Shown here: positions 18,012-24,070 of the stretch, in pieces
Layout: each line of letters begins with the position of its first letter
Numbering within the stretch: the stretch's first letter is position 1
IMG/VR virus record: IMGVR_UViG_3300036987_000083
Span: 115,490 to 179,489 of that record
DNA length: 64,000 nucleotides
Source of the DNA: a virus
Strand: one strand, 5' to 3'
The notes under the pieces: model-generated
Seen by the model: the letters and a program-made list of their open reading frames with translations, nothing else
What the model was told of the DNA's origin: nothing
The model's database searches: none
Position numbers and translations under genes: made by a program

Positions 18012-18440
18012 TTGCGGGAAAAAGCTTGGCTCTCGTCATGCGATGCTAGTACAGTAAATTCCGCAGGAATTGCTTTGGGAGTGGCCTTGTCTACCAAAAG
18101 AAAGAACCCGGAATCGGCTTCTCCGCGTGCTAACAGGGCTAGCAGGCTTGAGGCTCGGGTGCTACAACTCGAACTCGACATGCACAGCATGCGGACAAAA
18201 ATGGACGACCTCGGCGACGACTTGCTCGCGCTTCGTACTACGGTCAAGCAAGTAGACGAGCGTACCCTTCGAGGGGAAGCCGTGATGTTGTCCATGCAGT
18301 TGTCCCAACGTCGAGTGGAGCGGGTGCTAGACGCCGTAGCCGAGAAGCTACAAGTGTCAACAGCTACAGTTGACCGACGCGAAGTAGAACCCCCTGATCC
18401 ACCTGACGAGGACGCGGATCTTGATGCGAGGCACAAATGA
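18012..18440 (+). CDS. Hypothetical coiled-coil protein
   Basis: Heptad pattern; overlaps the next start (ATGA). Confidence 0.5.
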   Translation: MREKAWLSSCDASTVNSAGIALGVALSTKRKNPESASPRANRASRLEARVLQLELDMHSMRTKMDDLGDDLLALRTTVKQVDERTLRGEAVMLSMQLSQRRVERVLDAVAEKLQVSTATVDRREVEPPDPPDEDADLDARHK

Positions 18441-19045
18441 GTGACATCCTTCTTCCGGCTCTTGTGCTGGCTGCCCCTGCGGCGCCTGCAACTACCGTAG
18501 CCTCTGTGGCCCCGGTAGCCCCTGCAGCCCCTGTGACTACTGCGGACCCTTTGACGCCGCTTTACGCGCTAGTAGGCAGCTTGGTGCTCCTGCAGCTCAT
18601 CAAGTCCGGATTCGCATTCGTGAGGTGGCTGGGGGCGAGAACTGTCGCGAACGAGGACAAGGATAAAGCGGAAGTCCGGCGGCAGATTGAGGAGCAAAAG
18701 TTGGAGATGCGCAAGCAGAAAGAAGAACACGAAGCTCGGTTTGAAGAAATCGACAGGACCGTTTCAGCTATTGACCGCGCGATGGGCACGGTTCAGCTAG
18801 AGATGAAGCAAGTGCTCTCAACGGTAGAGTCAACCCGAGGGATGGTTGTTGAAATCAAGGGCTCGATGGACAACCGGTTCGAAAAGCAATCAGATTTCTA
18901 CCGAGGCCAGATTAAAGAGCTGTTGGTCGGTGTGGACAAGCGCCTGGAGGACTTGGAATATGCGCTACGGCAAGATATGTCCAGGGCCATCCACGACTCG
19001 GCGATGATGAGCAAGACCGCCAGCGCGAAGCGCCAAAAGTCATAA
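18437..19045 (+). CDS. Membrane-anchored coiled-coil protein
   Basis: Hydrophobic LYALVGSLVLLQLI segment followed by coiled coil. Confidence 0.6.
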   Translation: MSDILLPALVLAAPAAPATTVASVAPVAPAAPVTTADPLTPLYALVGSLVLLQLIKSGFAFVRWLGARTVANEDKDKAEVRRQIEEQKLEMRKQKEEHEARFEEIDRTVSAIDRAMGTVQLEMKQVLSTVESTRGMVVEIKGSMDNRFEKQSDFYRGQIKELLVGVDKRLEDLEYALRQDMSRAIHDSAMMSKTASAKRQKS

Positions 19046-19396
19046 CCAAGCCAAAGCCATCCGGATGTCTGCGATGCTTGGCGGCTTAGCAATGACCATC
19101 TGAATCACCCGACTTCTGAGTGCGTCTTTAATCGTGTACTCTTGGGGTGCTGCGGTGATGAGGACGCGGCGCACTTCGGGCCGATTTTGTTGCCAGACCG
19201 TCAACACGTCGATGCCGTCAAGCTTGGGCATCATCAAGTCCGTCAGGACTGCGACGATGTCGGCATCCTGTTGGTACTTGGTTGCCGCCGCCATGGAGTC
19301 CAGCTCCAAAATAGACTCAAATCCGCAGAAGTCTACGACTTCGCTGATTAGGCGGGCGACCGAAGCGTCATCATCGATGCAAAGCACTCGTTTCAT
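19040..19396 (-). CDS. Single-domain response regulator (CheY-like receiver)
   Basis: VLCIDDD..VLTDLMMPKLDG..LITA..IAKPP motifs. Confidence 0.9.
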   Translation of the reverse strand: MKRVLCIDDDASVARLISEVVDFCGFESILELDSMAAATKYQQDADIVAVLTDLMMPKLDGIDVLTVWQQNRPEVRRVLITAAPQEYTIKDALRSRVIQMVIAKPPSIADIRMALAWL

Positions 19397-19422
19397 ACCC
19401 GTAGTTTGCCTCAAGAAGCTCT

Positions 19423-19494
19423 GACGAGATAGCCAAGCGGAAAGGCAAGGGGCTGCAAACCCCTCATGCGTGGGTTCAATCCCCACTCTCGTCT
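19423..19494 (+). tRNA. tRNA-Cys(GCA)
   Basis: AGGGG-CTGCAAA-CCCCT. Confidence 0.9.
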
Positions 19495-19549
19495 TCACTC
19501 TTTCAGGAGGTCGTTATGCGAATAGATACCTAACAAGGAGCTATTCACC

Positions 19550-19744
19550 ATGAGCAGGACCAACAAGACGCGTGGATACGGCCGCAAGGGCAAGCACCTC
19601 CAGTGGGCGAAGCAGGAGGGTAACCAACGCGTCAGACACCAGGTGCATGAACGTCTGAAAGACATTCCCTTCACCGACGCCTTCGACGAGAAGGCGCTGC
19701 CCGAGAAGAACATCGAGATTTTCGATCGATGGTACTACGATTGA
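19550..19744 (+). CDS. Small basic hypothetical protein
   Basis: AAGGAG SD; 64 aa. Confidence 0.5.
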   Translation: MSRTNKTRGYGRKGKHLQWAKQEGNQRVRHQVHERLKDIPFTDAFDEKALPEKNIEIFDRWYYD

Positions 19745-19774
19745 AGTACCTGCTGGAGGCGACTCCAGCAGCAA

Positions 19775-19847
19775 GGCCCCGTCAGTCTAAAGGCTAGGAC
19801 GCCGCCCTCTCACGGCGGAAATGCGAGTTCGATTCTCGCCGGGGTCA
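19775..19847 (+). tRNA. tRNA-Glu(CTC)
   Basis: CCGCC-CTCTCAC-GGCGG. Confidence 0.9.
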
Positions 19848-20000
19848 CATGAAACCGTATTCACAGGCTTACGACGCGACCAAGATGAGGAAAGAGTGTT
19901 GGCGTGGGGCTCCGTATGCGTCTAGGAATCGCTCATACAAAAAGGCGATGCGCAGGAAAGCAAAAATTCAGATTCAAAAAGAAGTCGTAGCGTAACACCC

Positions 20001-20072
20001 GGCCCTATCGTCTAGCGGCAAGGACACTGGCTTTTCAATCCGGGAACGAGAGTTCAATTCTCTCTAGGGTCA
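20001..20072 (+). tRNA. tRNA-Glu(TTC)
   Basis: Cloverleaf; loop TTTTCAA. Confidence 0.85.
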
Positions 20073-20074
20073 CT

Positions 20075-20200
20075 CTGGGTATAGCTTAAGAGCATGGGTC
20101 TTTTCCTCCCGTAACTTCGAAGCTACGTTGGAAAAGCGAAGTGGCTTGGTAGAGCACGCCCCTTAAGGCGAGGATCCTGGTGCGAGTCCGGGTGCCTGGA
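20075..20200 (+). ncRNA. tRNA-like RNA with a ~55-nt structured D-loop insertion and 6-nt anticodon loop
   Basis: CTGGGTA/TGCCTGG; GCTT..GAGC D stem; insert CTTTTCC/GGAAAAG; CGCC-CCTTAA-GGCG. Confidence 0.55.
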
Positions 20201-20220
20201 CTTGTAGGTGTAGTTGGGAA

Positions 20221-20273
20221 CGGGAAGTAGCGCAGTCTGGTAGCGCATAGCATCTTGGATATGCTAGAGGTCG
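20221..20273 (+). pseudogene. 5' two-thirds of a tRNA-Pro(TGG), truncated before the T-arm
   Basis: CGGGAAGTAGCGCAGTCTGGTAGCGC..TAGCAT-CTTGGAT-ATGCTA-GAGGTCG, then HNH ATG. Confidence 0.75.
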
Positions 20274-20276
20274 ACG

Positions 20277-20645
20277 ATGTCCTCGACCATGCAGCAGTAT
20301 CGCGACCGCATTTCTAGGCTGACTGTGCTTTTAGGGAGTAAATGTGTAGGCTGTGGGGCTACACAAGATCTTCAGTTTGATCACATAGACCCCACCACTA
20401 AGTTGTTTACGGTTACAAAGGGCTGGGCCTTCTCATGGGAGAAGGTACTGACGGAGGCTAGGAAGTGTCAGCTCCTTTGCAAAAAGTGTCATGAAGCTAA
20501 GTCGCTAGCGGCCGGAGATATCCCGCCTAGAGCACTACACGGCACAGAGGGACGATATCGACACCACAAGTGCCGGTGTGCTCTATGCAAAGAAGCACAT
20601 CGAGATAGGATGCGAGAGTATAGATTGTGTAAAAACGGGGTATAG
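20277..20645 (+). CDS. HNH endonuclease; stop lies inside tRNA-Pro
   Basis: CVGC..LQFDHIDP..KCQLLCKKCH; HGTEGRY..CRCALC tail. Confidence 0.85.
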   Translation: MSSTMQQYRDRISRLTVLLGSKCVGCGATQDLQFDHIDPTTKLFTVTKGWAFSWEKVLTEARKCQLLCKKCHEAKSLAAGDIPPRALHGTEGRYRHHKCRCALCKEAHRDRMREYRLCKNGV

Positions 20646-20709
20646 CGAAGCTTGGTATCGCGTCTGCTTTGGGAGCAGAAGATCGCTGGTTCAAATCCAG
20701 CTACCCCGA
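20636..20709 (+). tRNA. tRNA-Pro(TGG)
   Basis: TCTGC-TTTGGGA-GCAGA. Confidence 0.9.
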
Positions 20710-20785
20710 CAAAGTTGCCTGAAGTAACTAACACAAGACTCTGGTCTGTTTCGGTCAGAGGTTGGCCTTCTGTGCAACTCAATAA

Positions 20786-20859
20786 CGAGCTGTAGCACAG
20801 CCTGGTAGTGCGTACCCTTGGGGTGGGTAAGGTCGCTGGTTCGAATCCAGTCAGCTCGA
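20786..20859 (+). tRNA. tRNA-Pro(GGG)
   Basis: TACCC-TTGGGGT-GGGTA. Confidence 0.9.
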
Positions 20860-20886
20860 CATCGAATGAATGAATGAATGAAGCAC

Positions 20887-20960
20887 CGAGGAGTAGCTCA
20901 GCCTGGTAGAGCACTTGGTTCGGGACCAAGGGGTCGCAGGTTCGATTCCTGTCTCCTCGA
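20887..20960 (+). tRNA. tRNA-Pro(CGG)
   Basis: CTTGG-TTCGGGA-CCAAG. Confidence 0.9.
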
Positions 20961-20973
20961 CTTGGAGGAAAGC

Positions 20974-21213
20974 ATGAAAACAAACCATCAACGTCAGTTC
21001 AAAGCAGTCGGGGGTTTCGCGTTGCGAGTTCGATACGACTCGCAAACCAAGAAGCTGCCGATTGGGCTTGGAAGTGTAGGGGCTTCTTACGGTGGCGACG
21101 CTGTGAATGGGCATCGAGGCGAAGCGAAGGTGAAGCGGGGTGCGAAGAAGTACCTCCGAAACCAAGTGAGAAAGACCGCCTTCGTACACATTCGGGACTC
21201 TAGCGAAGCTTGA
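20974..21213 (+). CDS. Small basic hypothetical protein
   Basis: GGAGG SD before ATG. Confidence 0.5.
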   Translation: MKTNHQRQFKAVGGFALRVRYDSQTKKLPIGLGSVGASYGGDAVNGHRGEAKVKRGAKKYLRNQVRKTAFVHIRDSSEA

Positions 21214-21282
21214 TAGTGGCGCACTACCTGAAGAAATGGATGTCAGGTTGGTGGAGAAAATGACGTAGATTCAGCAGCACAC

Positions 21283-21354
21283 GCGCCTGTAGCTCAGTGG
21301 TAGAGCAATCGCTTGATAAGCGATAGGCCGATGGTTCGAGCCCATCTAGGCGCA
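21283..21354 (+). tRNA. tRNA-Ile(GAT)
   Basis: ATCGC-TTGATAA-GCGAT. Confidence 0.9.
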
Positions 21355-21360
21355 CTGTTT

Positions 21361-21506
21361 CACCCGGCCGAGTAATTCTTACACGCAATCGTCATATGTT
21401 GGTTCGAATCCAACCCTCCCCACCTCACGGGGAGGTAGCCAAACTGGTTAGGCAACGGCCTATTAAGCCGTCTCGCAAGAGACTCTATGGATTTCTCACT
21501 CGGGTG
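21361..21506 (+). ncRNA. Second circularly permuted tRNA mimic
   Basis: GTTGG-TTCGAAT-CCAAC, then CCTCCCC-ACCTCAC-GGGGAGG hairpin, then D-arm GCC..GGC; outer stem CACCC..GAGT/ACTCGGGTG. Confidence 0.7.
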
Positions 21507-21519
21507 AAGCAAACTGTAT

Positions 21520-21591
21520 GGCGGTCGTAGCTCAGTGGTAGAGCGTTTGGCTGTGACCCAGAAGGCGCGGGTTCGATTCCCGCCGACCGCC
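21520..21591 (+). tRNA. tRNA-His(GTG) with encoded G-1
   Basis: TTTGG-CTGTGAC-CCAGA; G-1:C73. Confidence 0.9.
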
Positions 21592-21651
21592 CAGTAAGTA
21601 ACTGGTGGTGTTGCAAACGTAGGGGGCTGGTATCCCTGCGTAGTTTTTCTT

Positions 21652-21725
21652 GGGGTATTAGAGGAGAGGCCGTCCTCGTTAGCCTGTCACGCTGAAGATC
21701 ACGGGTTCGAATCCCGTATACCCCG
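21652..21725 (+). tRNA. tRNA-Asp(GTC), unusual D-arm
   Basis: TTAGC-CTGTCAC-GCTGA; D stem GAGGA/TCCTC. Confidence 0.85.
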
Positions 21726-21737
21726 CTGTAACGCAAC

Positions 21738-21810
21738 GCGGATCTAGCAATGATGGTTCATGCACTCGCCTGAAGAGCGAAGTATCTCGGTTCGATTCCG
21801 AGGGTCCGCA
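21738..21810 (+). tRNA. tRNA-Phe(GAA)
   Basis: TCGC-CTGAAGA-GCGA. Confidence 0.85.
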
Positions 21811-21811
21811 C

Positions 21812-22228
21812 ATGATTAAACGCGAAGATTGCAAAGAACGAGTCCTGTACCGCATTCACTCTAGGAACTTGGAGTTCGGCGTATTTGATTCCAAGGATGG
21901 TGGCTTCATCGGCTTGCGTGAGAAGTTCGGGGAGACGTTTATTTTCAAGGAGTATCACTACGACAACGGCGCTCCCTACGGGACGGTTCGACCCGAAGAA
22001 GCGTTGCCTGAGCGACTGCCAGATGCGATTCTGTTGGCGGCAAGTCGTCCAGGTTCTGTTTGTGGTTGTTGTGATCAGTTTGTCGATTTCGACGAAAAGC
22101 TTCCACCTAAGGAGCGCTGGTTTCACTTGGTGGAGTCAAGCTGCAAAGAGGTAAGGCCGCACTCAAGAGGTAACCCGGATTTCGGAAAGTGGTTACACGA
22201 GATGGAAGATAAGTACCGCAGTAAGTAG
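21812..22228 (+). CDS. Hypothetical protein
   Basis: 138-aa ORF between tRNAs. Confidence 0.6.
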   Translation: MIKREDCKERVLYRIHSRNLEFGVFDSKDGGFIGLREKFGETFIFKEYHYDNGAPYGTVRPEEALPERLPDAILLAASRPGSVCGCCDQFVDFDEKLPPKERWFHLVESSCKEVRPHSRGNPDFGKWLHEMEDKYRSK

Positions 22229-22233
22229 CAACT

Positions 22234-22306
22234 GGGGCTGTAGCTCACTTGGGAGAGCGCTTCCATGGCATGGAAGAGGTAGTCGGTTCGATCCCGTCCA
22301 GCTCCA
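22234..22306 (+). tRNA. tRNA-Ala(GGC)
   Basis: CTTCC-ATGGCAT-GGAAG; G3:U70. Confidence 0.9.
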
Positions 22307-22377
22307 CAAAGCCGAACCAGAGACGGAGTTCTCGTCTCTGAGAGGCGCCTTTTATGCGCCTCGTGTTCGGCTGTAAT

Positions 22378-22449
22378 GCGCGATTAGCTCAGAGGTAGAG
22401 TATCGGCGTGACAAGCCGGGGGTCGGGGGTTCAATTCCCTCATCGCGCA
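22378..22449 (+). tRNA. tRNA-Val(GAC)
   Basis: TCGGC-GTGACAA-GCCGG. Confidence 0.85.
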
Positions 22450-22523
22450 CAGGGTGTGGGGTCAGGCGAACACTAAGCCTCCCTAAGTGGGCCGGGTTCG
22501 ACCCGGAACACCCGAAATAGTTT

Positions 22524-22556
22524 GGGGCTGTAGCTCAGTTGGGAGAGCGCTTCGTT
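22524..22556 (+). pseudogene. 5' half of a tRNA-Ala, broken just before the anticodon
   Basis: GGGGCTGTAGCTCAGTTGGGAGAGCGCTTCGTT, then unrelated hairpin and HNH. Confidence 0.8.
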
Positions 22557-22589
22557 GACCTCAGCTAGGTCTCGTAGTAGCTTAAATGT

Positions 22590-23036
22590 ATGGGCCTTCC
22601 AAAAAAGCCACGTAATCCCTGTCCAGTGTGCCAGCACACTGTTCAAAACATTCGGAGTCGCTACTGTTCGAATACATGTCAGATGGAACAGCAATACTTA
22701 AGCTACATTGAGCGCTGGAAGGCAGGGCAAGAAAGCGGTAACGTCGGTACCCAAGTTTCTAGTTACGTGAAGAAATACTTGCGCGCGAAGTATGAAAACA
22801 AGTGCTCTCGCTGTAATTGGTCGAAGAAGAATCCGGTGACGGGGACTGTCCCGGTGACCGTGGAACACATCGACGGGAACTGGAGAAACTCAAAAGAACA
22901 GAATCTCGACTTGATCTGTCCGTGTTGCCATTCCTTGACGCCCACCTATGGCAATCTAAACAAAGGACGGGGGCGTCCTATGCAGTTAGTAAGGGGCTTG
23001 TCGTCCAGCGGGAAGACACGGCGTTCGCAACGCTGA
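22590..23036 (+). CDS. HNH endonuclease; stop lies in the anticodon stem of tRNA-Ala(CGC)
   Basis: CSRC..VTVEHIDGNWRNSKEQNLDLICPCCHSLTPTYG. Confidence 0.9.
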   Translation: MGLPKKPRNPCPVCQHTVQNIRSRYCSNTCQMEQQYLSYIERWKAGQESGNVGTQVSSYVKKYLRAKYENKCSRCNWSKKNPVTGTVPVTVEHIDGNWRNSKEQNLDLICPCCHSLTPTYGNLNKGRGRPMQLVRGLSSSGKTRRSQR

Positions 23037-23064
23037 AACGAGGGTTCGACTCCCTCCAAGTCCA
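22994..23064 (+). tRNA. tRNA-Ala(CGC)
   Basis: CGGCG-TTCGCAA-CGCTG; GGGCTTG/CAAGTCC with G3:U70. Confidence 0.85.
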
Positions 23065-23158
23065 CAGCGGGATGGTGTGCAGGTACTACCTGGAATTCGG
23101 GGGCGCGAACGTGGCGTCATCTGGGTACCAGGCGAAGGGCACACCCGCCCATGTTTAC

Positions 23159-23257
23159 GGGGGATACCCTGCGCGGATAAATCGCCTCATAACAAAAGCG
23201 CAATGCAGGGTTTGAGGTATAGCGGCGATTGACTGGGTTCAAGTCCCAGGTCCCCTT
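23159..23257 (+). ncRNA. tRNA-ended RNA with a probable internal pseudoknot
   Basis: GGGGGAT/GTCCCCT plus T-arm CTGGG-TTCAAGT-CCCAG; crossing pairs CCCTGC/GCAGGG and ATCGCC/GGCGAT. Confidence 0.55.
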
Positions 23258-23271
23258 GGTAGTAGTTGTCT

Positions 23272-23382
23272 GGGCCAGTGCATGGGCAAAACCGGGTTCG
23301 ATTCCCGGCATCTCCACTCTATGGGGATGAACTGGTGTTCCTCACGCGCGGGGGTGAACGGGTTCGACTCCCGTCTGGTCCA
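23272..23382 (+). ncRNA. Two-headed tRNA-like dumbbell RNA (two acceptor+T-arm heads, both G3:U70)
   Basis: Outer GGGCCAG/CTGGTCC with ACGGG T-arm; inner CCGGG T-arm with CATCTCC-ACTCTAT-GGGGATG hairpin. Confidence 0.65.
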
Positions 23383-23383
23383 C

Positions 23384-23588
23384 AGTCTAGAAGGCAAATG
23401 GAAAGCCACTGGTAAAACGGAACCAGCGCCGAAAGGCACTGAAGCACGGGCTACCTCGAAAGAGGGTGAACGTAGTCACCTGCATGGTTGCGGATGCACC
23501 GAACGGGTCCCAAAAGGGTTCGCCAGGGAAGCGAGTTTCCAAGGGTGATGTAGCTTTTTCATAGAGGGTTCGATTCCCTCCTAGGCTA
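23384..23588 (+). ncRNA. 205-nt tRNA-like RNA with a giant multibranch variable domain
   Basis: AGTCTAG/CTAGGCT; D-like GGC/GCC; CTGGT/ACCAG; T-arm GAGGG-TTCGATT-CCCTC; insert closed by GGGCTAC/GTAGCTT. Confidence 0.6.
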
Positions 23589-23628
23589 TAAGTCAGTAAC
23601 GACCACGTGGTCGCGTCGTAGCGGTAAT

Positions 23629-23701
23629 GGGGCACTAGCTCAGTTGGGAGAGCGTCGCGTTTGCAATGCGAAGGTCATCGGTTCGATCCCGATGTGCTCC
23701 A
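23629..23701 (+). tRNA. tRNA-Ala(TGC)
   Basis: TCGCG-TTTGCAA-TGCGA. Confidence 0.9.
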
Positions 23702-23704
23702 CTT

Positions 23705-23880
23705 AGGTAAGGTAGTCGGCTTAAGAGCAGCCAGCTTTAATGAGTGGGACCCCCTTCAGGACGCGAGCGCGGCGAAATGAAGGAAACGGAAGTAACCTCA
23801 GCAACCGTTACGCCCCGGGTCATACCCGGGAACCGAACACCCGCTTTGGTTTCCCTTTGGCGTAGCAGCACGCCTTGCCT
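23705..23880 (+). ncRNA. RNA mimicking 23S rRNA H43-H44 (L11/GTPase-associated centre) with a ~110-nt insertion
   Basis: GTCGGCTTAAGAGCAGCCAGCTTTAATGAGTG..GCGTAGCAGCAC, closed by AGGTAAGG/CCTTGCCT. Confidence 0.7.
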
Positions 23881-23946
23881 AAACTAAAGTTCTGGTACGA
23901 CAGTTCCGATTAACCCTGACGCTGCCGAACGTTGGGACAAGCTAAT

Positions 23947-24019
23947 GCTGCTATAGCTCAACTGGTGGAGCCCCTCCTTGGTAAGGAGGAGGATGAGAGT
24001 TCAAATCTCTCTGGCAGCT
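23947..24019 (+). tRNA. tRNA-Thr(GGT)
   Basis: CCTCC-TTGGTAA-GGAGG. Confidence 0.9.
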
Positions 24020-24028
24020 TGTTTGTTT

Positions 24029-24070
24029 TTGGTAAGTGAGAGGTCCTGGGTTCGAATCCCATCGGGAGCA
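24029..24070 (+). pseudogene. 3' half of a second tRNA-Thr(GGT), starting at the anticodon loop
   Basis: TTGGTAA-GTGAG-AGGTC-CTGGGTTCGAATCCCAT-CGGGAGCA. Confidence 0.75.

Noticed and set aside
21370-21395. Missing tRNA-Val(TAC) at CTTACAC
   Set aside because: No complementary anticodon stem flanks the loop; the sequence is part of the permuted element.
23272-23588. Two-piece (permuted) tmRNA
   Set aside because: The CATCTCCA..GGGGATG junction looks like one, but the downstream sequence closes into a second acceptor/T head. The GCA AAT frame has no tmRNA-like resume context or short tag ending in Ala-Ala-stop. Kept only as a tRNA-like mimic.
23705-23880. True rRNA gene fragment
   Set aside because: Only ~60 nt resemble 23S, interrupted by a 110-nt insertion, with no flanking rRNA sequence.
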